Source: Chrysomallon squamiferum (lineage: Eukaryota > Animalia > Mollusca). From it: DNA of 64,000 nucleotides. Of the stretch, positions 13,274-26,780 are shown piece after piece. The notes under the pieces are model-generated. The model was not told where the DNA came from, made no database searches, and saw nothing but the letters and a program-made list of their open reading frames with translations. Positions within the stretch are counted from its first letter, which is position 1, and every line of letters starts with the position of its first letter. The stretch is taken from NCBI GenBank assembly GCA_012295275.1, contig CM022679.1, positions 23,312,001 through 23,376,000 of the forward strand, written 5' to 3'. A program made the translations under genes and the position numbers.

Positions 13274-14925
13274 TTAAAATTCAAACCCAATAAAAACATT
13301 TAGTTATATTGTTTAAGAAATGAAATTTACAGCCCTGCCAGAATGATCTCCCTTATGAAATGTTCTGAAGTTATCTCCCTTGTATAATGTACTGCTGTAA
13401 AATATCAACATAATTTTATTATTAGATTATGACAATGAATCTTGTGGGGGAAAAAATTCTAACAATAAATAAATAAAATAAGAAATAAAGTATAAGAAAA
13501 CTAATAGAATCAAAAATTGTAAATTCTTCGACTTAACTTTCTTGTAATCACAAAAATCACTCTGTTCATGAAAGGCATGCTTGAACAACCCTGTAAAGGC
13601 AACTTGCCTAAATGTAATCCACCTCTACCAAACCAAAGCAGTATCACATAATTTTTATTGTCTCCAAATATCTGCGGTTACTTGGAACTTTACGATTATT
13701 GGGAGATGTGATTTGGAAATTACTCTGCCAGTAAATCAATGACTCAATTGGTTTTTATCAGCCAGACAGACTCTTTGTTATTTCACACAGACCCTTGATT
13801 GAGTTTACACACAATTCACCTTTAATGAGTTTTATAGACTTCTCAGGAGAAGAGTGGTAGGAGTTAGCAGGTCTTTGAATGAGCTGTGTTAAGTTGCTGG
13901 TTCAAAATCTATAGTAGCAAGTGATGTATAAAATGATTTTGTTTGTTGTGTATACAAACACTAAGAAAATCCATGTATATAAAAACAGCCACATACATAC
14001 ATACATACATGATGCAAACACCTACAGACACAGAGATACAGAACTATACATACAGAGAGACCCAAACCAACACACAAACATACATACATACATACATACA
14101 TACATACATACATACATACATACATACATACATACATACATACGTACGTACATACACACATACATACACACATAGACACACAAACACACACACAAACACA
14201 CACATACACATGTATCCATGAATAAAAATACACCCAAAATTACATATCACAGTATTTCACAGTATTCTTTCTTTAAATGAGTACAAAGATTTTTTTAAAC
14301 ATTTATATTTTACAATTTTCTTCTATCACACATTTTAATTACCACTTCAGATTTCCTTTCATTCATTTTTTTTTTTTTTTTTATTATTATTATTTTTTTA
14401 TTCCATCTTTTCTCTTTTTATTCTATTCACTTAATTAAACGCTCATTGTCTCTGATATTTTGCTTTTCACTACGAACTTGATTCTTAATTTTCTGCTTGG
14501 GGTGAGAAAATGGAGTTACACTAATTATAAATCACCACAGACACACTTAGATGGACAGATTTGTCTCGGCCAATGAAAATCCTCCACAGATAATTGGTGT
14601 CAGTGAAATGTCATAGACTGTGATAGATGTTGATTGAAAATAAGTGGAGAACCAGTCTATTCTGTTTGATTAGTCTTCTGCCATGTCACTTCCTATTCCA
14701 GACAGGTCAAAGGTTGTAGGTCATTTGTTCTTAATTAAACAGCCAGTCAGTGATTAGGGAATAACAAGAATTGATTGGTGGTTTTTTTCATAAACTAATT
14801 GTTGAATATTAATGTATGATGTGGTGAAATAAAAACAACATCCAGGATAATAATAACAATTATTATCATATAACTTTATTATTCTCATTATTATCACTAA
14901 TATTATTATTAGTATAACCTTTTTA

Positions 14926-14962
<37 letters not shown>

Positions 14963-16345
14963 TATATAGTAAGCAATTTTTTAATCCCATCTACTATTAT
15001 AATGTGTTTTATTGATATATGTAACTTATTTGTTAAACTGTTTTCTGTTACCATTATGATTATCATGACCCCCAAGAAAAATTTTTGCAAGGTGGTACAA
15101 AGCCCCTTTGGGTCCCAAAGCTGACAAAGATTTTTATTCAAAACTGAGGATTTGATGTCCAGTAATTCTACATGCAAACTCTCGTAAATGCTGTAAATAT
15201 AACATAAAATAACAAACATATTTAGTTAATACATGGTTCCTTTGGGTCTTTCCTAGTTCTTGGGACCCAGAACAAAGTATCTGGCTGGATGCCCTTCTCA
15301 TAGGCCCCGATTATTATATTATTGTTTTCACATTAGCTTATTAGCAATAAAATTTGTTTTATTAATAACTCTACCACATTGCTATATTAGTGTTTCATTT
15401 ATAATCTAAATACCATTAGTTTTTTAATTGTTATTTTATTAATACAGAGCTGTATTTATGTTTTATTTATAATCTAAATACCATTAGTTTTTTAATTGTT
15501 ATTTTATTAATACTTAGCTGTATTTATGTTTTATTTATATCCATACATTATTAGCTTAGAGATCTTTATTTTAGTAATAACTGTATCATACTGTTACCTT
15601 AATTTTTTTTTATTTACATCCAGATATTTACTGGCTTACAAATTTCCATTTTATTAATACAGAGCTGTATTTACGTTTTATTAACATCCATGCATTATTA
15701 GCTTATAAATTGTTATTTTATTAATACCAATGTCAGATAGCTATATTAATATTTTATTTATATCCAATTAGTATTAGCTCAGAATTATTATTTTATTTAT
15801 ATTTAAATAACTATATCCCCAGTCTTATTTATATCCATACTTTGTTAGCTTACAAATTGTTATTTTTATTAATAACTATAATCACATAAGTATATTAATA
15901 TTTCTTTTATTAACACCATATTTTACCTTTATTAACACTGTCTAAAGCCTTTAATGTAGAAACCCAGTTTGTGGTATTGATTGTTGTTAAATTGGATAAG
16001 ACTGAGGTGTTGTTTGTGTGATCTTTACAGTCAGTTTAACAGTTTACCAGAGTCAAAAATTTCTTTAATATTTGAAAGTGAAAGTGTCTGTGAGCCAGAC
16101 TAACTGAAACAGTGGTTACCACGTTCGAAACATTCAGATTGAAAGGACACCTCTTATCAATGGTGTGTCTAATGCAAATATGTCTGGTCTGTACATATTG
16201 GTTAAAAATAAGCTAAGGATGTATGTATGTGTGTGTGTTTAAAAATATATCAAACTGTTCAAATACTTTACTCTCTCTCTCTCTCTCTATATGTGTGTGT
16301 GTGTGTGTGTGTGTGCATACACACATATCAATCTCTTTCTAGTAT

Positions 16346-16437
<92 letters not shown>

Positions 16438-19400
16438 GCTAGAAAGATTGATAGAGAGACAGACATACAGTCAGACAACCAGATTGATTAAAATGTTTTA
16501 CTGCAACTATAATTCTGGAAGTATTACTGAATCATTCTTAATGGTCAATAGGTAGATCTTATGAATGATAAAATGTAGGATCGAGTCTCTTTATTGCCCC
16601 CTTTACACTATTTCCCATCACTGCCAGTGTCTCATGACACTCTTTTATTAAAGGCAATGGTACATACTACCCTGTAGTTGACATTTTCCTGAACCACTCT
16701 ACTTGACATTTTCCCAAACCTTTCATTTTCCTGACTTTTCAACTTGACATTTTCCTGAACCACTGAAAATCTTTAAACTTGACATTTTCCCTGAATATTT
16801 CTACCTCAACATTTTCCTGAATCTTTCTACTTGACATTTTCCTGAACCTTTCTACTTGACATTTTCCAGAACCTTTTTTCTTGACATTTTCTTGAATCTT
16901 TCTACTCAACATTTTCCTGAATCTTTCAACTTGACATTTTCATGAACCACTCTACTTGATATTTTCCTGAACCTTTCAACTTGACATTTTCCTGAACCAC
17001 TCTACTTGACATTTTTCATGAACCACCTTTCTACTTGACATTTTTCCTGAACCACTCACTTTCTGTCTAGTCACTTCGACTGTAATATTATTATTTGATA
17101 TACTGTCGGAAACTCTTTCACCGATATCGTGAAAACTTAACGACACGAAGGTTAAAAGTTTCTATCGCACACACAGCTTTAGTATTGATCTATCAAGCAG
17201 ACTGGAGAGAATGGGCAATGCCTAGCGCTGCTGTGAGATACCACTAAATCTCCATCTCCCCCAGCTCGGCTAAATCCTTCACGATTTCTTCCTCTTAATT
17301 TGTGATGATGTTAAACTAACGAGTGTTTCTATATATGTGACAGACATGATCATGATCTGCGGGTGGTAATAATAACACACAGTCTCGTTGTCTCCGCGTG
17401 AACTCAATCGCTGACTGAGTTTGTGCGATGCTGTAGTTGTTTGTCTGAGTGAAATGGAGCTGGCTGCTTGTTCCCACTGTTCTTCTGATCACTTTGATCC
17501 ACAGGTAAAATTAATATTTTTTATATATATTAGTTAAATAGGTGGGCAGGTGTGTAAATGGTTGTAGGTTTTTTTTAACGATTTTTAAAAACTTTTTTTT
17601 ATCAGATTTGTAAATTATTAAGACATTTAATTTACAGAATGAAATTTCAACTTAATGTTAAGTTTAATGTGTTCTAATATTGGTTTTAGATCTGATTATG
17701 ATCTATGTGTCTGTGGGTCATCTGTCAGTATGTATACTTACAAACAGACACATACATAGATAGTGTGTTTGTGTATGTGTGGATATGTGTGTGGGTGTGT
17801 AAGCATGTGTATGTGTGTAGGTAGATAGGTATATATATAAAAAATGTATCTAAAGTAAACAAATCATTGATATTATTTATTTATTCCTTAAAACTTCAGT
17901 GTGAAGATAAATAAAAATATCATTAATTAACTTAATCTGTTAATGTACACCAAATATCAATAATAATAATAATAATAATAATAAAAAATCTACTTAAATG
18001 TAATTAGTTAAATATTCTTTTATTTATTGCTTTCAAAATGTGTTTTACAGCCAGTCCTAGTATAATCCTCTTTAGTGTTTAAAAATAACTGGGTTTTTTA
18101 TGGTGATGAACTTTTGGTACAAAGCTAACTATAGTAACAATCTATACCAAGACCTTGGTGAAAACAGCAAATTAAAAATTGAAGATAATTAGTACATGAG
18201 ACACCCACATTTGAGAAAGTGATTTAGAAACGATATAGCTGGAAGGTAAATAGTATAATTGACAATGATATTTTAGAATAATAATAGTAATAGTAATTAC
18301 AACAACAATAATAATAATAACAGTAACAACAACATCAGTAACAGGAATAATAAGAACAATAGTAATAATAAAATAAACAATAATCATAACAATAACAAAA
18401 ACAAATACATAGATCAAAATATAACAGCAATAATAAAAACAAAAATATAAAACTGCAGTAATAAAAAATAATAATAAAATTTGATAATAAGAACATTATA
18501 CATTGCAACAGTAATAACAAAACAGTAAAAATGATTCTAATCATAATAAACAAAATAAATGTGGAAACTAGTAACATTAAGTGATAATGGAAACAAGAAT
18601 TTTTTTTTTCTCTTTTCCATAAATGAAAATGTCTGGTTCAGTGTGTAAGGAACGTAGTATTTATTGATATTTCATCATGCACTGTTGAAACTAGGACTGA
18701 TAATAAATGGATCCTGAAAGGAAACCTGCAGTTCGAGCACAATGGGTTATTCCTACAAATTAACAGAGTTTATTGGGTTCTTTTATACACAGAGGAAAGT
18801 ACATGATTCCCATGCCGGAATGAAAAAAGGGTTAATTAAAGAGTTTATGTGTGTGTGGGTGAGTGAGGGTGAGAGATAAACAAACTGACAGACAGTCAGA
18901 AGGAACTGGAGTTCAGTTTTGTGTTTGAGTGTGGATACTTTATAAAGAGTTCATTAAAAAAAAATAATCCGTTAAAGTTTTAATTAGCATAAATGTCCCA
19001 GTCTTTGTCTTTTTATTTTCCTGTCTCTTTGGATGTCTGTTCATTTGCTTGTCTGTCCCTCTGTCCTTGAGTTTATGTGGATTTATGTGTCTCTTTTTGT
19101 CTATATCTAAGGCTCTTCTTTCTCTTTGTTAGCATATCCCATGTTTGTATATCAACCTACATCTGTTACCTAACTGTTGATCTGTCAGTCTCTCTCTCTA
19201 TATATATATATACATTTCTATCTCACTATCTCTCAAAATGTGTTTTTGTATATGTATCTGTCTGTATATCTGCATGTCTCTGTATAAATCTGAGTGTCAC
19301 ACTGTCTGTGTGCCTGTCTGTCTGTTATACATATCTATCTACTGTCTGTCCCTCTATTTTTACTTGGTCTCTCTTTCTATCTGCCTAAACTTTCAGTTGC

Positions 19401-20945
19401 CTCTCAGTTATTTATCTTTTCAAGTTTTTCAGTGTTTAAAAATAACCTGGTCTTCATACTGTGATGAACTCACAGTACAAAGCTAACTATAGCAACAGTT
19501 TATCAGTCTGTTCCAAGACTTCAGTGATAACAGCAAATTAAACACTGAAGATAATTGGTTTGTGAGAAAAACCACAGTTGAGAAAGTTTATAAACAGTGG
19601 CTCTGTTTCTTGTCTGTATCTATCTGTCTATTTGTTTTTTTTCATCTGTCTTTCTGTTTGTCTGCTTTATATTCATCTAGATGTCATTCCATCTTTGTAT
19701 CACCTGTCTATATATTGGTATACCCTCCATCTTGTCTGAGTGTCTGTATGTGTGTCTGTATGTGTGTGTGTATGTGTGTGTGTGTGTTAATCTATCTCTG
19801 TATTCCATTCATGTATCTGTGTGTATGTATGTCTGTATGTCTGTCTAATTAATATATCTGTCCATTTATTTGTCTGAATCCCTGTCTTCCTGAAGATGAC
19901 CATTTTTCTGTTTCGTTTTCAAATCTCTCTTCCATTCATTTTGTAAAAAAACAAAACAGATTAAACCTTTTTATTCATTATTATTGAACACCACATACTT
20001 ACAATGGACATAGCAAAACCATTTGTCACCCAGTAATCTTTTTTTTTTCTAATCATGGAAAGTGAGAGAAAAAAAATGCAGAGTTTGTTTGGAAACAAAA
20101 CCAGTCCTGACAATCTGAGTGCTAATTGGTGGTGCCAGGCTGACAGGTTTTTCTCTTCTCTTTGAGAAATAATTAAATTTTAGAAGATTTAATTTGACAA
20201 TACCGAAACCGACACAACTGGTAACTGAAGATCTGAAGTTAGTCACAGTTTAAATCAGATTAGTAAGAAATTTTACAACAACAACAGGAAAGAATAAATA
20301 AATAAATAAATAAATAAAATAAAATAAAATAAAATAAAATAAAATAAAATAAAATAAAATAAAATAAAATAAAATAAAATAAAATAAAATAAATAAATGT
20401 TAAAACATTTTTAAAATTAATGTTAAAATAAAGATATATATATAAAATAAAAAATAGAAAACTTAGAAGAAAAAGAAATAAAAAAAGTTTGTTTCTTTTA
20501 TTTGTTGTTATTACAGATTTTTTTTTATGAAAATAAAATTGTTATTTTCTTTTATTATCCAAAATCATAAATGTTACATTTGATTTATCTGAATATTAAC
20601 AATAACCAATCAGGAGGTTTGGTTAATTTACTGCAGACAATTATAAGAAAAGCAGAAAGCCAGTGAAATTGTTTCTTTTATTTACTGCACACATTTGTCT
20701 GAAACATTGTTGACCAGTCAAATTCACTGGTTTATTTACTGCGGTTACTTTAATATCCTACTAGAATTATTGCTGATATTTTGCCTTCAGAAGACAAAAC
20801 TGTCAAACTAAATCAGAATTCTGATTTGTCTAAAAAATTTATCTTAGAATATCTCATTATAGTAAAAGATACTATACAAAATGATAATTTCTGTTTTAAG
20901 AGAAAAAAAATTGTGAAACATTTGTAAATAATAATAATAAAACAA

Positions 20946-20978
<33 letters not shown>

Positions 20979-23372
20979 TACATACATATATACATGCATA
21001 CATACATATATTGTGTTGTTTTTTTGTTTTTTTTGTTGGTTTTTTGTCTGGACCTTACATATTTGCTAGTAACAAAGTTAGCAATGTTTAAAACACTGGT
21101 TAGAATACAGAAAGGCTGTCATTACTCCCAGTGTTCTAGTAAATATCTCATTAAAATTTTAAATGTTATCTTGACTAAGAAAACTAACTTTAAATTTTTC
21201 ATCCTGGATTATTTGGGGTTTTGGGGTTTTTTATTTTTTATTTTATTGTATTATTACATTATTTTTTTTTTTTTTTTTTTTTTCTATTTTCAGAGGTGGA
21301 AACCACTTTTTGATCAGGTAAATAATTTGAATTAATTCATTTTACCTGTTTGTTGTATTTTTATTTCTCTGTTACTACTGCTGTTGTTGCTGGTATCATT
21401 GTTGTTGTTGTCATTTTTATTAAAATAAAATAAAATAAATCATACCATTTGTTAGTTATTTACTTACTTTTGATATATATATTTCGTGTATTTATTTATT
21501 TATTTATTCATTCATTCATTTATTCATCCATTGTTAATGGGTGCACTAAAAAACAATTAACGAAGGTAGGCAGTGAATGTAAAATATTTATGCCAAAACT
21601 GATAAGAACTGATCTGATTAACCACTCAGTCTGTACATGTCATTTGCACTAGGTGGTACCATTATTTAATTACAACACTCAGTATAAAGTACTTTTACAG
21701 ACTGAGTGATAGAAGCCAATTAATTTTGATCAGTAGTATTGGTGTAAATATTTTATTACATACTGACTGAGTAAGGTCAGTTGTTTTACACTGCATTCAT
21801 TAAAAATTAATTAACCTGATCAAAGTAAATTACTTCAAGTGTTGTTATAATTAAATAATTTAATTAAATCAATTCAATTTCAGCGTATATGGATTTTCAC
21901 TTAAGTGATTTTAACAATGCTTTTAATTTGCTTGTGGTTTTTTTCATCACTGCTGTTCATCTAAATGTATTATAAAGTTCTTTACATATATGAATTCAGA
22001 ATTAAAGAGAAAAAACAGGCAGTTTTTAAGAATATGTTTGATAATTATAAAAGAATGGAAATGGTTAAAATCAGTTAAACAAAGACATTTCCTATAATTT
22101 AAAGAAACCTATAATAAACATTTAACATGAAGACAATATTATATGTAAAACATAGACAGTATTTTTAAATGAACATAATTAGACCAAATTAATAAACAAA
22201 GACATTTCCTATAATTTAAAGAAAGCTAAATAAAATAAGCATTCAATAAGAAGACAATACTATACATAAAACAAAGACAGTCATATTAATTTCACACAAT
22301 TAAAATTATTTCTTTTGATCCTCAATTTCACACACCTCAGACCAAATCTTGAAAAACACAAAATTTGAACTTAGTGTCATTCCCATTAAAACTTTACCTC
22401 TGGGTGCTATTAAATTATTCTGAGCCCCACTGAAAATTATGACAACCCCCTTCAACCCTGTTTCCATCAAAGTAAGATTAAATTGTACAATTTCACCTAC
22501 AAAAGAAACCTAACTTAACAAACTTCACCAAACCTAGCCTTTTTCTACTGTACATGTTTTTCTTTACCTACACTTGTATATTTGTTTACATTGTTTTCAT
22601 GTCTGTGTATTGTTCTTACTTTATTATATTGCTGTATGATGTAGCTGTTATATGTACTAAAGTTTAATGTGTCAGTTAGTTTGTGAAATCAAAGGTCAAG
22701 CATATTAAAATAAATTAATAAATAAATAGCAGGATTTCCTATCATTTAAAGACACCTAGTTAAAATAAACGGCCAATATGAAGGCAGTAGTTTATATGTA
22801 TATATATATAAACATAAGATCAGTGTTCAATAATATTAATTTCACTCAGTCATATTAATTATTAAAAATAAATTAATACATTTTAAAAAAATACCATAAA
22901 TAAAGATGAATGAAAAACATAACTAAAATAAATTTCAAATAATAATTATAAAATCTATACCAATTTTAATATTTCATAATCATAGTAAAATTATTAAAAA
23001 ATAATATTAATTAATAAAGAAGGCCAGTTCTGATTGGCTGAAGCCAGATGGTTAAAATCAATGGCAAATACCAGTACTGTCCGCAGTGCACCTTACATTG
23101 CGTTTTAAGAGAGTGTGTAGTTAATTGAATCCAGCAGAGCAGTTTAACACTGTCCTAGTCAATCAGTGTAATTAAATTGATGTTTTAGAGAAAAAAGTCA
23201 CGGAAATACAGACTGAAGTAATTCATCTGATATTTGACCAAGCAAAAATAATCAAAAATAAGCAAGAATACTCACACATCCTGCACTAAAAATATATTTG
23301 TGTATGTTTGTGAATATCTATCTATCTCTGTGTGTGTGTGCATCTATCTGTCTGTATATCTATCTATATGTG

Positions 23373-23405
<33 letters not shown>

Positions 23406-24107
23406 ACATGTGTGCTCATGTATGTGAATTTGTATAGAGGTATGTGTGTTTGTGTGTGTAAAAATATTGTTAAATAGATGGATATATTGATACATGGATG
23501 AATCAAGATCCAGAAAGATAGATGATTTTGCAAAATGCCTGTCAATCTATCTATAGATAGACAGACACACATACAAACACACATACATACATATGTACAT
23601 CACCTTCATATAATAATGTAACAGGAAATGCAAAATTATACTGAATAAAATCTACCAAGACAGTATTAAATGACATTGCATAAATAAACATCCCAGTTAG
23701 TAAAAATTCTACTGTTAGAGTTATAACTCTATCTGACATTATAAATCTACTATTTTTTCAAATCCACATTTTTACAATGTTTACTGTAATGAGTACCCAG
23801 GGAGTGCCAAGTGTTAACAGGGGTCAGTTAGGTCACTGATTCATGATACGTTAAAAACCAATAAATTAATTTTTTAAATGCACAATATAAAACAAGCGTT
23901 CGCTGGTAATACTGGCCATTTATCTGACTTCTCTGCGAGAGCGTGTCAGGGGAGAAAACTCTGGTCTGAGATATTTTATTTGTTAGTAGAAGAGTAACAG
24001 TGTTGTCATTATGTGTCCTGGAAAGTTTAGAAGACTTAAAATACAGGTAAGGAAAGATAATTGTAATGTTGAATAGATAATTTTATAATTTTTATGCAGG
24101 TATGTAG

Positions 24108-24141
<34 letters not shown>

Positions 24142-25076
24142 GTTTGTATGCCTGTACTCTGTATATGTACATGTATGTATTATGAATATATGTATATTTC
24201 TTTGTATGTTGGTGTAGGTGTGTTTATGTGGGTATATATTTATTAGGATATGTATGTCTGTTCATATATGTGTTTGTGTGTGTGAATGTGTGTGTGTGTG
24301 TGTGTGTGTAAATGTATATTTAGGTTAATGTCTGTTAACCTAACAGTAAATAAAAAATTCAAATATAAATAGAGAAAGAAATATAATCAGCTAATTTTTC
24401 ATCTTGCAACGTACATTTTTCATTAGGAAAGAACATTAAAATAGAATTAAATGTTTTAAATTTATTAATTTACTTTTTATAATAATCCTCCAATCAGGTG
24501 AAATTTAATATTTTCTGCTGTTTCACAAAACCTATTAACCAATAGTAGTTCATTAATTTATTCTTAGTCATTCAATAACTAAAATTCCCAGTTCACCAGT
24601 TTCAGCTGCTTTGTGTTAAGATTAAATGAACTAAAGACCCAGGAATCCATCTGAATCCATCCCAGACTTCATCTTTTCCTTTGGCTCTCATAGTAATAAT
24701 GAAAGTTAATTCTGAAAGTCAAGATGTCTGCTTTCTAGATTGGTTTCCAGTGTTAACAGTGATAAGAGAGAAAGTTAATTTTCAAGATTTGATTTAGTTT
24801 AGTTTCTGTATATGTTTCATTTTGTTTGAGGGTTTTTTAGGCTTTTTTCATGGGGTTAAGGCACTATTGGGTGATTTTGTTTGGGCTTGTTTTTTTTTTT
24901 GTTTTTTTTTTCTTTCTTTCTTTGTTTATTTAAAACATTTCTTTCTACTTTTCTTTGTTTAAAAAAATAAGAAAATGATCATTTTTTTTTTTTTTTTAAC
25001 TAAACATTAATTTTAAAAAGTTATATTTTTGGAATAGGAGTCACAGAAGTGAAAGTAACAAGACAATATACACAAA

Positions 25077-25119
<43 letters not shown>

Positions 25120-26038
25120 ATATTCTTTTGAACAAGAGAACTATATAATTACCAGATGAGTAGAAAAAGCTGTTAAAGACTGAGCATTATTTTTAAGACC
25201 CACCCAAACCCTTCATTATGAAATTGCTTTTTGTATATAATCACATATAAGCTGATTATATATACTGATTATATATTAAAATATATTTGGCAACATTAAT
25301 AAGCAAAAACAATAAGAAATAATTATTTATAATACATTCTCTTGTTTATTATGACCATTGTATATGCACGAAAAGCCATAAAAGACTGAGTCATTAGGAA
25401 TTGTGACTGCATGTATGTATAGAAATATTAGAAAAATAATTTTATGTATATCTATCTATCTATCTATATATATATCTATATATATAGATATATATATATT
25501 AATGACCAAAAGCATACTTTTTTTGTGTGTTTTTATTTTAATTTTTAATATGGCATTACATATCAAAAATGGTTATTTGTGGATTGATTTTTTATATAAA
25601 ACATTTTAGTATGATCGAGGACATCGAGGTGAGATTAAAGTGGAGGACTTTCGACGTCTACTTCGACACCCACAAGTCCAGGCAGAGATTGACCGACACA
25701 CACTGGACGTCCTGGAGGTCAAGGCCACTGACCCACTGAGGCAGACCGTCAGTTATCAGGAATTTATCAACATCGTAAGTATTTTTATTTTGCTGATGAA
25801 AGTTATTTATATATTTTTTTCTTATATATATAAATTTCTTTTTTTTATCATTTTGTTTTTACCTTTTATGAGAGGGTTTGTTTTACTGATTTACATTTAT
25901 TATATTTTGTTTATTATGCACATGTTTATACTAATATTTACATATACATAAATATTTATACAAGGAAACTCACAAATACAAACACACACATTAATTAATA
26001 TATATATATATATATATACATACACTTACACACATATT

Positions 26039-26072
<34 letters not shown>

Positions 26073-26153
26073 ATATACATATACATACACACACATACAT
26101 ATACATATACACATATACATAGACTTACACACATACATAAATGCACACAGACA

Positions 26154-26197
<44 letters not shown>

Positions 26198-26722
26198 TAT
26201 ACACAAATGCACTAAGCCATTTTCTGGTGTCCTTAATATAAGACTGCATTTAATAATAATCCAAGTCCATTTGACATTTATTTATCTCTTTAATTTTTCC
26301 CTTTCACCTGAAATTAACATCAGGTGACTAAATAAAACACAGTAAAAATGTTACATTCGTCAATAATTCATACATTTAGCATGTTCCTCAGCTGGCTCGG
26401 TGATCTGACACAATAAAATCAACTGCAGATATCTCTGAAAGAGTATTATTTATGATGTTCACGGTTGAGTGATCGCCCATGTCAACATGTGTCAGGCATG
26501 GAGTGATGACAGGGGGAGGTCACTCTGTCGACTGAGTGATGGAAGGAGCTTGGTTTGCAGCTGTTATTTAAATGTGGCTTATAGAAAAAAGCTCATTTAA
26601 TATTAATTACAGAAATAATGATGGAATTTGACGATATTGTCAGTCCTTTTGTATTTTTTTTTTTTTTTTTGAAATTTCAAGAGCTGGAGAAAAATGAATT
26701 TAAGTTGTTTTTATATATATAC

Positions 26723-26780
<58 letters not shown>

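Noticed and set aside
15060-15310. Slightly GC-rich patch with short inverted motifs (gggtccca/tgggaccc) as a MITE
   Set aside because: The inverted match is only about 9 nt, with no clear termini or TSD.
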